From the IMG/VR virus record IMGVR_UViG_3300028416_000485: DNA of 64,000 bases. One strand, 5' to 3'. Below are positions 18,773-29,200 of this stretch, in pieces; positions within the stretch are counted from its first letter, which is position 1; every line of letters starts with the position of its first letter. The position numbers and the translations under genes are program-made. Below the pieces are notes generated by a model that was given only the letters and a program-made list of their open reading frames with translations, was not told the origin of the DNA and did not search any database. Source of the DNA: a virus.

Positions 18773-19021
18773 ATGATACTTAGAGAACTATATTACTTTG
18801 ATAGAGAAACAATGGAGCCTACTGAGGACGACACCTACAATGCTGAGGACGATACCAGTATTGTTAAAGTTGACGACAATAGAAAAAGTAGACTATCTCT
18901 AAAAGATATCAATCGTGCCCGTAAAGCATCTGATACTCATACAGAACAAAAAGCCAAGGATCTTAATTATGTTAGACAAATGTACGGTCTAGCAGCACAA
19001 GCAGCCGCTGGCGGGATCTAA
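18773..19021 (+). CDS. Small prohead-associated hypothetical protein
   Basis: 82 aa MILRELYYFD...; start revised from the track's 18677 (which lies inside the portal gene) to the ATG after the late promoter. Confidence 0.7.
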   Translation: MILRELYYFDRETMEPTEDDTYNAEDDTSIVKVDDNRKSRLSLKDINRARKASDTHTEQKAKDLNYVRQMYGLAAQAAAGGI

Positions 19022-19614
19022 TGTCAAATAAAATAGCTTTTGTACTTGGAAACGGTACTAGCCGTTCTGCAATCAACTTACATAACTTAAAAAACAAAGG
19101 TACAACATACGGCTGTAACGGCTTGTATAGAGAGTTTGTGCCAGATCATTTAGTATGTGTTGATACTAAAATGATTATCGAAATTAGCGAAACTGATTAT
19201 CACTTAAAATACAATGTTCATTCAAATAGAAACAAACTAACTGAAAGAACACCTAATATTAATATTATGCATCCAAATAAAGGATGGAGTAGCGGTCCAA
19301 CTGCCTTATTATTAGCAAGTCAAAACGATCATAACGAAATATACATATTAGGTTTTGATTATGTAGGTTTAGGAAAAGATAATCAACTAGTTAATAATAT
19401 ATATGCAGGTAGTAGAAACTATAAAAACGTTAATGATAGAGCAACGTACTATGGAAACTGGCAAAGACAAACAATGATGTGTATAAACCAGCATCCAAAA
19501 ACTAAATATTACCGAGTACTAAGCTCAATAGAAGATTATATTCCAGATCATTTAAGGGATTTAAGTAATCTATCGCATATAACATATGAGGAATTTAGTA
19601 AAGTTTTTCAATAA
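19021..19614 (+). CDS. Putative glycosyltransferase-like protein (Maf/DUF115 / sialyltransferase-like Rossmann fold)
   Basis: AFVLGNGTSR, YGCNGLYR..PDHLVCVD, SSGPTALLLA, EIYILGFD motif series. Confidence 0.55.
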   Translation: MSNKIAFVLGNGTSRSAINLHNLKNKGTTYGCNGLYREFVPDHLVCVDTKMIIEISETDYHLKYNVHSNRNKLTERTPNINIMHPNKGWSSGPTALLLASQNDHNEIYILGFDYVGLGKDNQLVNNIYAGSRNYKNVNDRATYYGNWQRQTMMCINQHPKTKYYRVLSSIEDYIPDHLRDLSNLSHITYEEFSKVFQ

Positions 19615-19709
19615 AAAATATAAAACGGGTCGTTTTGACCCCATTTTACACGCATATTTACAAAAGAGTGTAAATATAATAGACAGCCTTGACAATAAAG
19701 GAGAATGAC

Positions 19710-20732
19710 ATGACTGATCGCAACAAGTTTGAAGAAATGCTTGAGCGTCTTGTAAATGAAGACAAAGAAGGTGCAGAAGCATTATTCCACGAAATCGTGG
19801 TAGAAAAATCAAGAGATATTTATGAAGGTCTACTTGAAGACGAAGAAGTAGAAGAAACAACTGATGAAGAAGTTGAAGAAGCTACTGACGAAGAAGTAGA
19901 TGAATCAGATGAAGACCTAGACGAGTCAAATGACGAAGATCTAGATGAATCAGATGAAGACCTAGACGAAGCAACTGATGAAGTTGAAGAAGGTATGTTT
20001 GACGAAGGTGGTGATCCAGCTGACGAACTAGGAATGGACATCGAAATGCCAGGCGCAGACGATGGTGAAATGGACATGGACATGGACATGGGTGGCGACG
20101 AAGCTGGCGATGACATGGGCATGGGCGACGAAGGCGGAGACGTTGAAGATCGTATCGAAGATCTAGAAGATGAACTAGAAGCTCTTAAAGCAGAGTTTGC
20201 AGATATGATGGGCGACGAAGCTGGCGATGATGGAGATGACATGGACATGGGCGGCGATGACGCAATGGCTATTGACATGGACACAGACGATGCTGAAGAA
20301 GAGCCAGAAGAAGCAATGGCATTTGAAGCAGACGAAGAAGTAGAAGAAGCTACTGACGAAGAAGTAGAAGAATCAAAACTTCCAAAGTCAAATTCAGAAC
20401 TAATGCGTGAGTATGCAGACAAAGTAGCACCAGCAAAAATGGGCGACAACGGCGCAAACGCAACATCACCAACAGCAAAACCAAACAACATGGGTGGCAC
20501 AAGTGCTAACATAGTTGCAGGTGGCGACGGCGGAACAGGCGGAACACAAGGTGGTCTAGCTGCTCCAAGTGCAAAAGATATGAATACCAAGAACGTAAAT
20601 GTTCCTGGTGCTAAAGGGGCGACAAAAATGTCAAACCAACCCGGCCATGGTGCCGAGAAGAAAGGTGCTGCACCTAACCAAGACGCAGGCGCAGGTTCAC
20701 CTTTAAATGGCGCTCCAAAAAGAGCGAAGTAA
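19710..20732 (+). CDS. Highly acidic prohead core protein (gp67/gp68-like role)
   Basis: Asp/Glu-rich low-complexity protein between portal and protease; start at ATG 19710 after AAGGAG; many (V/L)xE repeats. Confidence 0.7.
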   Translation: MTDRNKFEEMLERLVNEDKEGAEALFHEIVVEKSRDIYEGLLEDEEVEETTDEEVEEATDEEVDESDEDLDESNDEDLDESDEDLDEATDEVEEGMFDEGGDPADELGMDIEMPGADDGEMDMDMDMGGDEAGDDMGMGDEGGDVEDRIEDLEDELEALKAEFADMMGDEAGDDGDDMDMGGDDAMAIDMDTDDAEEEPEEAMAFEADEEVEEATDEEVEESKLPKSNSELMREYADKVAPAKMGDNGANATSPTAKPNNMGGTSANIVAGGDGGTGGTQGGLAAPSAKDMNTKNVNVPGAKGATKMSNQPGHGAEKKGAAPNQDAGAGSPLNGAPKRAK

Positions 20733-20739
20733 GGACTGA

Positions 20740-21366
20740 TTGATGAATTTACTAAGTGAAAGTTTGAGTTTTGACCAAGCTAAAGTGATTGTTGAGTCTG
20801 CTAATGAAGGCAAGGATCTTTATATGAAAGGTATTTGTATTCAAGGCGGAGTACGCAACGCAAATCAACGTGTATATCCCGTTAACGAAATTGGCAGGGC
20901 TGTCACCACGCTCAACGAGCAGATTAGCAATGGTTATTCAGTACTAGGCGAAGTAGATCATCCAGAAGGACTTAATATAAACATTGACCGTGTAAGCCAT
21001 ATGATCACAGAAATGTGGATGGATGGCCCAAACGGTTACGGTAAACTTAAAATACTACCAACTCCGATGGGACAACTAGTTAAAACAATGCTTGAAGCAG
21101 GTGTTAAACTAGGTGTTTCATCGCGAGGTAGTGGTAATGTCAGCGAAAGTGGCAATGGAGAAGTTTCCGATTTTGAGATTATAACAGTAGATGTAGTTGC
21201 CCAGCCAAGTGCTCCGGGCGCCTACCCAACACCTATTTACGAACACCTTATGAACAGCAATGGTGGATATAAGGCGTTCCTAACATCAAGGGAAGTACAA
21301 GGCGATAAAAAGGCACAAAAATATTTAAAAGAGAGCTTGTTAGATGTAATAAGCAAACTCCGCTAA
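20740..21366 (+). CDS. gp21: Prohead core protease gp21
   Basis: NANQRVYP, LGEVDHP (His), PTPMG, LGVSSRGSG (Ser), DVVAQPSAP.A. Confidence 0.93.
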   Translation: MMNLLSESLSFDQAKVIVESANEGKDLYMKGICIQGGVRNANQRVYPVNEIGRAVTTLNEQISNGYSVLGEVDHPEGLNINIDRVSHMITEMWMDGPNGYGKLKILPTPMGQLVKTMLEAGVKLGVSSRGSGNVSESGNGEVSDFEIITVDVVAQPSAPGAYPTPIYEHLMNSNGGYKAFLTSREVQGDKKAQKYLKESLLDVISKLR

Positions 21367-21383
21367 CTAGGAGAGGAGATCAT

Positions 21384-22475
21384 ATGTTAGACTCACTTAA
21401 ATCACTCTTCGAAAACTCAGCACTATCGGAAGAAGTGCGTTCAGAACTAGAGGAAGCATGGAACGCTAAAGTTGAAGAAAATAAACTTCAAGCTACCGCA
21501 GAACTACGTGAAGAATTTGCTAAGAAATATGCACATGATAAAACAACAATGGTGGAAGCCATTGATGCTATGATGACAGAAAAACTTAGTGAAGAAATTG
21601 CAGAATTCCAAGATGACCGCAAACAACTAGCAGAAGCAAAAGCTAAGTTTGCAGTAGCACAGCGTAAAAATGCTAATCTAATGAAATCATTTGTTAGTGA
21701 ACAACTAGCAAAAGAAATCAAGGAACTACACGCAGATCAAAAAGTAACAAAGGACAAGTTTGTTGCTCTAGAAGAGTTTGTAGTTGAATCACTTGCAAAA
21801 GAACTTGCAGAGTTTTATGAAGACAAAAAAGATCTTGCCGAAACAAAAGTACGTTTAGTACGTGAAGGCAAAGCACACGTTAATAAAGTCAAAACTGAAT
21901 TTATTAAGAAAAGTGCAGCGTTAGTATCAGAAACAGTGTCAAAAGGACTTAAGAAAGAAATTTCAGCACTGAAAGAAGATATTGATCAAGCACGTGAAAA
22001 TGATTTTGGCCGTAAGCTATTCGAAGCATTTGCTAACGAATATCAACACAGTTATTTGAACGAAAGTTCAGAAACATCAAAACTGCTTAAAGTTGTAGAT
22101 ACAAAAGACAAACAAATTGTAGAAGCACGTCAAGCAGCGGCTAAAGCGATCAAACTTGCGGAAGCAAAGTCAATCGAAGTTAAATCGATTAACGAAACAA
22201 ACACCCGCAAAGACACTATTAATGCATTGGTTTCGCCATTAAGCAAAGACCAACGTGACATTATGACAGACTTACTGGAATCAGTTCAAACATCTCGTTT
22301 AAGAGCATCGTTTGACAAATACCTGCCGGCGGTAATAGACGGTAATACTCCAGCGAAGAAGAAGGCAGTACTATCAGAGGCAAAAGAAGTAACAGGCAAC
22401 CGAACACAAACAAATGACATCAAAGCAGACGCAGACAACAATGTTGTTGATCTAAAGCGTTTAGCTGGATTATAA
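21384..22475 (+). CDS. gp22: Prohead core scaffold protein gp22-like
   Basis: Long coiled-coil between protease and capsid genes; ends DLKRLAGL. Confidence 0.8.
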   Translation: MLDSLKSLFENSALSEEVRSELEEAWNAKVEENKLQATAELREEFAKKYAHDKTTMVEAIDAMMTEKLSEEIAEFQDDRKQLAEAKAKFAVAQRKNANLMKSFVSEQLAKEIKELHADQKVTKDKFVALEEFVVESLAKELAEFYEDKKDLAETKVRLVREGKAHVNKVKTEFIKKSAALVSETVSKGLKKEISALKEDIDQARENDFGRKLFEAFANEYQHSYLNESSETSKLLKVVDTKDKQIVEARQAAAKAIKLAEAKSIEVKSINETNTRKDTINALVSPLSKDQRDIMTDLLESVQTSRLRASFDKYLPAVIDGNTPAKKKAVLSEAKEVTGNRTQTNDIKADADNNVVDLKRLAGL

Positions 22476-22488
22476 TAAGGAGATACCA

Positions 22489-23661
22489 ATGTCAGAACTA
22501 CTCGAAAGTCGTTGGAATGATACCAAGTCAGCACTTCTTGAAGGCCTTCAAGGCAATAAGAAAGCAGTAATGGCTTCAACCCTAGAAAATACCCGTAGGT
22601 ATTTGGCTGAAACTGCAACTGCGGGTGCTACATCTGCCGGTAACATCGCAACACTAAACCGTGTGATCCTTCCAGTGATCAGACGTGTTATGCCAACAGT
22701 CATCGCAAATGAGATTGTAGGCGTACAACCAATGACTGGCCCAGTTGGCCAGATTCACACGCTACGTGTTCGCTATAGCGACACAGCAGGCACAGGCGCA
22801 AGCGGTGCAGTAGCTGGTGAAGAAGCACTAAGTCCATTTAAGATTGCTGAAGCATATAGTGGTAACGCTACTAGTGCAAAAGCAGACGCTACAGCAGCAC
22901 TTGAAGGCGCAGCGGGTAACCGTTTGTCAATTCAGATCTTAAAGCAAACTGTTGAAGCTAAAACACGTAAGCTATCAGCACGTTGGACATTCGAAGCCGC
23001 ACAAGACGCACAGTCGCAGCACGGCATCGACGTTGAAGCAGAAATCATGGCAGCACTTGCTCAAGAGATTACTGCTGAGATCGACCAAGAGGTCCTAGCA
23101 TCTCTTAACACACTAGCTGGTACAGGTACAGATACATTTGACCAAGCAGCAGTTAGTGGTACAGCAACTTTTGTTGGTGACGAACATGCTGCACTTGCAG
23201 TACTAGTTAACCGTGCAGCTAACCGCATCGCACAGCGTACACGCCGTGGCGCAGGTAACTGGGCAGTTGTATCACCAGCAATCCTAACAGTTCTACAAAG
23301 TGCTACAACTTCAGCATTTGCACGTACAACTGAAGGTACTTTTGAAGCACCAACTAACACTAAAATGGTTGGCACATTGAACAACGCAATGAAGATCTAC
23401 GTAAACACATATGCAGCAGATGATGATGTATTAGTTGGTTACAAAGGTACAAGTGAATCAGATGCAGCAGCATTCTATTGCCCATACATCCCACTTATGT
23501 CTTCAGGTGTTGTCCTAGATCCAAGTACATTCGAACCAACAGTTTCGTTCATGACACGTTATGGATATGTTGAGCTATCGAACACTGCTTCGTCTCTAGG
23601 TAACGCAGCTGACTACTTAGAAAAAGTAGAAGTATCAGCAAGCAACCTAAGCTTCACATAA
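22489..23661 (+). CDS. gp23: Major capsid protein gp23
   Basis: RRVMP..IA.EIVGVQPMTGPVGQI..LR, VEAKTRKLSARWT.E.AQD....HGIDVEAE, AFYCPYIPL, TFEP...FMTRYG. Confidence 0.96.
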   Translation: MSELLESRWNDTKSALLEGLQGNKKAVMASTLENTRRYLAETATAGATSAGNIATLNRVILPVIRRVMPTVIANEIVGVQPMTGPVGQIHTLRVRYSDTAGTGASGAVAGEEALSPFKIAEAYSGNATSAKADATAALEGAAGNRLSIQILKQTVEAKTRKLSARWTFEAAQDAQSQHGIDVEAEIMAALAQEITAEIDQEVLASLNTLAGTGTDTFDQAAVSGTATFVGDEHAALAVLVNRAANRIAQRTRRGAGNWAVVSPAILTVLQSATTSAFARTTEGTFEAPTNTKMVGTLNNAMKIYVNTYAADDDVLVGYKGTSESDAAAFYCPYIPLMSSGVVLDPSTFEPTVSFMTRYGYVELSNTASSLGNAADYLEKVEVSASNLSFT

Positions 23662-23681
23662 GTTTAGACTTAACAAAAAAC

Positions 23682-23709
23682 AAAAATAGACCCTACGGGG
23701 TCTATTTTT
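23682..23709 (+). terminator. Rho-independent terminator after gp23
   Basis: AAAAATAGACCC-TACG-GGGTCTATTTTT, 12-bp stem with cUACGg loop. Confidence 0.85.
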
Positions 23710-23740
23710 ATGATAACTATTTGCATGGAGTAATAAAAAT

Positions 23741-23947
23741 ATGCCAATAGGACAAATAATAAAATACAATAAAAAAAGAAAATATAGTGTAATACGTCCA
23801 GATAAGTGGGGACGAGAACTTTATGATGTTCTTTTTGAAACTAAAGACTTTAAAGCATTGCTAGGTGACGTAGTTGAATACGAAGAAGTATTATCTAACG
23901 GAAAAAAATATGCATTAAATCTTAGAAAAATAGAAAAAATCGGTTGA
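23741..23947 (+). CDS. Cold-shock-domain-like (OB-fold) small protein
   Basis: 68 aa; G.IIKYN.KRKYSVI.PD....DV.F...GDVVEYE.....K.A.NL follows the CspA pattern with degenerate RNP1. Confidence 0.55.
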   Translation: MPIGQIIKYNKKRKYSVIRPDKWGRELYDVLFETKDFKALLGDVVEYEEVLSNGKKYALNLRKIEKIG

Positions 23948-23971
23948 CTTCTCTTACAGATATGTTATATT
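23944..23971 (+). promoter_or_regulatory. Sigma70-type promoter driving a non-coding transcript
   Basis: TTGACT-16nt-TATATT with extended -10 TG. Confidence 0.6.
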
Positions 23972-23977
23972 AAGTAC

Positions 23978-24225
23978 ATAAGCTAGACGACGGTTTAGAT
24001 TAGATAGTGCAAGGAATGGCAATCCGTAGAGGTTGTAACTTGATTCATAGCTGTGGTGGCAATGCAAGAGCGTAGAGATACGAAGTTGTATTTTTAGACG
24101 TAACTGTTTAATATGAAGTTCCCTGATTTGAGCGTGGCTCTACTAAGGGGTTGTTGGTATTCACAGAGTCCAACCTATCACTTTATTATTAAAGGTCTAC
24201 CCACTAATGCGGTAGGCCTTTTTTT
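23978..24225 (+). ncRNA. Candidate standalone structured small RNA (~250 nt)
   Basis: No ORF; own promoter and terminator; nested helices (24003-07/24175-79, 24044-49/24112-17 and internal hairpins). Confidence 0.6.
24191..24225 (+). terminator. Rho-independent terminator
   Basis: AAAGGTCTACC...GGTAGGCCTTT stem followed by T7. Confidence 0.8.
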
Positions 24226-24253
24226 GTGAACATTTACCCATTTTTTTCTTTTA

Positions 24254-24357
24254 GATAAATACATATGTCAGATAGTGTGCCGCAAGGCGGACTTATGCTG
24301 TACCCGCAGCGTAGCTCATAGAACGGGCATAGGACTACTTTTTATAGGAGAAAACAA
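24254..24357 (+). promoter_or_regulatory. Late promoter GATAAATA plus structured ~90-nt 5' leader
   Basis: GCC-GCAA-GGC hairpin, TATGCTG/CAGCGTA hairpin, AGGAG RBS. Confidence 0.55.
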
Positions 24358-24807
24358 ATGGGAAGACCACTAAACAAAAGATTATTTGGAACACCAACAG
24401 CAGCTGGTTCTGAAATCAAAGTAAACTTTCATAATGGCACAGCCGTTAAAGAAGGTTATATCGTAAAGCAAGTAGGATCAAAAAAGTTTGTATGTGAAGA
24501 AATCGGTACAGGCGGAGAATTTACTTGTACGCTAACAACTGGTAAATTGCCAGCAGCACTTGTAGCAGGTGAAATGTCAATTTCATTCAAAATGGACGAT
24601 GCAGAAACATACACAGTAAGTAAAATTGCTGGACGTAAAGTAACATTAGTTGCTCCAAGTGCTACAGGCTCAAACGCATATGACGGCAAAAGTGTAGCTT
24701 GGAACTTTAGTACATCTGTAGCAGATGGCGCAGCACAAGTTGAAGAAGCTGGTGACGACAACACATTAGTTGGTGTTGATGACGACGACTTCACAGAAGA
24801 CGCATAA
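24358..24807 (+). CDS. Hypothetical virion structural protein
   Basis: 149 aa, strong RBS, late promoter, follows capsid module. Confidence 0.75.
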   Translation: MGRPLNKRLFGTPTAAGSEIKVNFHNGTAVKEGYIVKQVGSKKFVCEEIGTGGEFTCTLTTGKLPAALVAGEMSISFKMDDAETYTVSKIAGRKVTLVAPSATGSNAYDGKSVAWNFSTSVADGAAQVEEAGDDNTLVGVDDDDFTEDA

Positions 24808-24818
24808 GGACTAGCTAA

Positions 24819-25868
24819 ATGGCTGAACGCATTAATCGCATAGGTGTAGACAAGTACACAATCTCTATAAACACAGAAGGCGAGATTCTTCTCGACACTG
24901 GGTTAACAGGTAAAGTTACTGTTAACGGTGACTTAGATGTATTGGGTGCTCAAACTAGTATTGGATCAGCTGAGTTAGTAGTTGATGATAAAACTATCAC
25001 AATCAATAATGGCGATCCTGGCGGAGACGCTGGGATTACTGACGTATCGGATGGTAACGGAAGAGGCGCTGGTATCATTATTGATCGTGGACCTGATGCG
25101 TTTGATGCAAAGTTCTTTTATGATGAAGATCTAAACACTATTCGTAATGGTGCAGAACCTGCCAACGAAGGTGCGTTTATTTTTAAACTAGTTAGTGGAG
25201 ACCTTTCAGGTATCCACACTAGTAGTATTATTCCAACACTTAATCAAGATTTATATTTAATCGGAGCCGGTACTGGGGTTGTTAATGTTACTGGAACTAC
25301 TGATTACGAAAAACAAATATGGTCATATACCGGAAGTGATATTACTCCAGATCCGTCACAACCCGATGGACTTAGCGTTGCTACAAACGATGATGCGTTG
25401 GTTAACGTTAGAGGATTACTCGATTATGTTGACGGTTATTTTACATATAACTTTCAAGATAAAATTACAACAGGCACATTGTCTCCAACAAGTATTCAAG
25501 TATATGATACTGAATCAGGTGGCGGAACTAGTAGAGCTGAAATTTCTATTAATGAAAGTACTATTGCTACGTTTTTTGAGTCTAGAGTCGAGTTTGAAGA
25601 TCTAAGATTTGATGATAATATTGTTACTACATCAGGTATTAATAGTGATATCATTTTAAAAGGTTCAGGAACTGGAAGAGTACAAATAGATGGATGGTTA
25701 AACTTTACCGAGGAAGTAACTCCAGTTGATTTGCCAAGTGCAGGTAGCACATTATATAGTAAAACACTCGGAGATGGCGGTACTGGTTTATATTTTATAA
25801 ACACAGACGGCACACAGGACGAACTTGTAAGCAGAAATAAAGCGTTGCTTTATAGTATTATTTTTTAA
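24819..25868 (+). CDS. Hypothetical virion protein (fibre/baseplate-associated)
   Basis: 349 aa; VTVNGDLDVLG...LVVDDKTITIN..GAGIIIDRG motif also present in the 35780 fibre. Confidence 0.7.
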   Translation: MAERINRIGVDKYTISINTEGEILLDTGLTGKVTVNGDLDVLGAQTSIGSAELVVDDKTITINNGDPGGDAGITDVSDGNGRGAGIIIDRGPDAFDAKFFYDEDLNTIRNGAEPANEGAFIFKLVSGDLSGIHTSSIIPTLNQDLYLIGAGTGVVNVTGTTDYEKQIWSYTGSDITPDPSQPDGLSVATNDDALVNVRGLLDYVDGYFTYNFQDKITTGTLSPTSIQVYDTESGGGTSRAEISINESTIATFFESRVEFEDLRFDDNIVTTSGINSDIILKGSGTGRVQIDGWLNFTEEVTPVDLPSAGSTLYSKTLGDGGTGLYFINTDGTQDELVSRNKALLYSIIF

Positions 25869-25878
25869 GGAACAAACA

Positions 25879-26211
25879 ATGGCGATAGTAAATGCAGCAA
25901 TATTAACAACAGATACAACTCTTTTAACTGTACCAGCAGAAAAAAAGTTTGCATTAACGACTTTGCTAATATGTAATACAGGACTTAATGACGGAACAGG
26001 TAGTAATGATACCAAAGTTGATGTTCACATTATTCCTAATGGTGCAGTCAAAACAACTGATAACTTGATATTAAATGATTTAGAAATTGGTGCAGCTGAT
26101 ACTTTTACATTCTCGGCAGAACGATTAATATTGGAAGCAGGAGACAGAGTTATGCTAATAGGACAAACGCCAACAAATCTATCAGCAACATTAAGTTATT
26201 TGGAAGTGTAA
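25879..26211 (+). CDS. Hypothetical virion protein (small beta-rich)
   Basis: 110 aa, in operon with the giant fibre gene. Confidence 0.7.
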   Translation: MAIVNAAILTTDTTLLTVPAEKKFALTTLLICNTGLNDGTGSNDTKVDVHIIPNGAVKTTDNLILNDLEIGAADTFTFSAERLILEAGDRVMLIGQTPTNLSATLSYLEV

Positions 26212-29200
26212 ATGAGTTATATTAAAAGACAGTCGATACATAGCAGAAAAATAGGGGATAAGACCTTTATTCTTACATCCGACGGTGATATGGAAATGAA
26301 CCTTGACGATGGCAAGGAGTTTCGTGTAAATGCCAATATGATCACCACAGGTGATGTTACTGGTCCAAAAGTTACTAATGTATACTACGTTACCGAAGAT
26401 GGTAGTGATACAAACGATGGTAGAAGTGCAGATAAAAATGGCGCATTTGCTAGTATAAAACGTGCATCAGAAGTTGCACCCATTGGCTCAACTATTATTG
26501 TTGCACCAGGCGATTATTATGAAAACAATCCGATCACATTACGTGACTTTGTTACTGTCTCAGGACAAGGCGAACTTAGAAATACTAGAGTGTTTCCAAA
26601 GAATCCTACTTCGGATTTCTTTCTTATGGGCAATGCTTGTTACTTATATCAAATAACATTTAGAGGATTACGTGCTCCAGGCTGGTGTACTCGAATACGC
26701 CCAGGCGCCCTAGTTACTACTTCGCCATATGTACAAAACTGTACTAACATGAATGGTCCGTGGTTGAACGACGGAACTGAGTTTGTACCATTTGAAACTG
26801 TACAGATTGAAGGTATTACACCGGGTGCAAAACCAATATTATTAGCAGACAATCCAAACGTTCCTGTAGAAAAACAAATTAATCCAGAAGGTGGCGGTGG
26901 CGGACTACTAGTTGACGGAGACGACTACGATCCTGCATCACTAGTGTTTAGTTTTGTTGCTGACGCATTTACACAGATTTCACAAGGTGGTATTGGTTTC
27001 CATGTTACCAACTTTGGTTATACACAGATTGTTAGTTGCTTCTCGGTCTTCTGTAGTACAGGATTTATGACTACCAAAGGTGGTTATTTAAGTATTTCAA
27101 ACAGTGTTAGTGACTTTGGTACTAACGGTGTTGTAGCAGATGGGTATTATCCAGTAGCATATACCACAGCAACAGCTGATCAAAACTATTATTCTACAGT
27201 AGGTAGTGTAACACTTTCATTTGCAGGAACAGGATACACTAGTGTACCAACAATACAGTTTAGCGCACCAGAAGGCGCAGGCGGAACAGTTGCCCAAGCT
27301 ACTGCTCAGGTAGATTTAACTACAGGTGAACTTGCAGCAGTCAGTATTACTGATAATGGTAGCGGATATCGAAGTGTACCGGATATTACATTTACAGGAG
27401 GTGGCGCAACAATACAAGCCACCGGAACAGTGAATCTAAGAACAAATGCTAGTATTGCTATTTCAAGTTTAAGAGACAAGCCGCAAACTGGTTCTGTTAT
27501 TAAGTTTGACGGTGATGATATATTTTATTATATTACTTCAAACGACATTACAACACAGCCGTTTGTATACAATCAAGAAACTTGCGAACGTGATGTTAGA
27601 CGTATCATTGATGCACTAACTAGTGATATTGTTATGGGCACATACTATCAAACAACTACAGCAGCGCAAAGTTATTTACGAGCTACCTCTACTAAAGTTC
27701 TTTTAGATCAGCTTGCTCCTACTATATATGCACTTGAAGCAACACGTGACGAAATGAAAGCGTTAACTTCAAATCTTGCAATGAAAGAAGAACTGGATCA
27801 ACGATTTAATATTGTTACTAGTACACTTGCAGCAGGCGATAGTACTGGCATTCCATTCGTTGGAGATCAGCTCGGCGACACATTTAACGATCTAAGTAGC
27901 ATAGATGGCGAAATCATTGAAGCAAAAGATAATATTTTAGTAAATAGAGATTTTATTATTGCTGAACTAACTGCTTATATCAACGATCAGTTTACCGAAC
28001 TAAGTTATAATCAAGCATGGTACGACGAAGATATGACAGTGTTCTTAACTGCACTTTCTTCATACATTGCCACAGGTGGCGACCATGTTATAGTTAGACA
28101 AGCAAAAGAGTTTAGATCAAGAACAAGATTTAAAAATCTTTATGTTTCTAGTTTTGCTTATCTAAGATCATTAGTTTTAGGATATACAGAAGTTAACACA
28201 GATCCTACTTCAGTAACTAGAGTAAATGAAGCATTTGATATTATTATTAACGTAGTTGACGATGGCGATAGTACAGGCATTGTACCTGCATATCCAGCAA
28301 GTGTTGGAGTTACGCAAAATGGAATAGATTCAAAAGATCATTTACAAGCAAACAAGGATTTTATTGTTGCTGAGTTTATTGCTTACTTAGACACACTTGA
28401 CAGTACACTAACTTATACTGCATCTGAATGGGAAGCATATGTTGAAAACTTTGTTGATGCTTTATCATATGATATTTTATATGGTGGTAACAATGCAACA
28501 GTACAAGAAACAACTTGGTTCTTTAAAAGTGTAACGTGGAGTAAATTTACTACTACAAATCTAACAGCATTTGAAGACGCATTTGCAAGAGTAAGATTTA
28601 TTGTACAACGTGTTATTAGAGGACTTAGTGTTGCAAAAACATCAGGTAATGCAGAAACACAAGACTTTACAAGCGGCGATGCTACACAAATTGAAGCTAC
28701 ATTACTAGATGGATTAGTGCAAATAGTTGAAAACGTTATTAATGCACAAACTATTACTGGGTTGCCTACTAAATCTTATCCAAATATTGAAGAAGAACCA
28801 GCCGGACAAGTAAATGCAGCAAATAAACTACTTTCGGTTATTGCAACTATCCTTGAAGATACAATAGATTATAACTTAATCAATAACCCAACACTTACTT
28901 ACAACGAAGAAAAGTGTAAACGTGATGTTGGTTATATGGTTGATGCAGTATATAGAGATGCCCAGCTTGGAACAAATCAAAATAGTATTACAGCAGGATT
29001 ATCTTACAATCGTGCAAATGTTGCCTACTTAAACGGCGAACAAAAACCTGCAACTATTATTGCACTAAGAGAAGCAAAACGTTTGGCTGTATTAGCAGCA
29101 AGTGGCGAAGCAGCATTCCAGGACAAAGTTTCAGACTTATTTGATAATATTTTTGATATTATTGAGTTTAACCAACTACCTAGTGAAGGTAGAGAATATC

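Noticed and set aside
19840-20370. CRISPR-like or iteron repeat array
   Set aside because: Repeats are in-frame coding repeats of an acidic protein without regular unique spacers; no cas genes
23978-24225. tRNA, cobalamin or lysine riboswitch, or 6S RNA
   Set aside because: No cloverleaf or TTC-RA T-loop, no B12 box, multibranch rather than rod-like fold, and it ends in a terminator followed by a separate promoter
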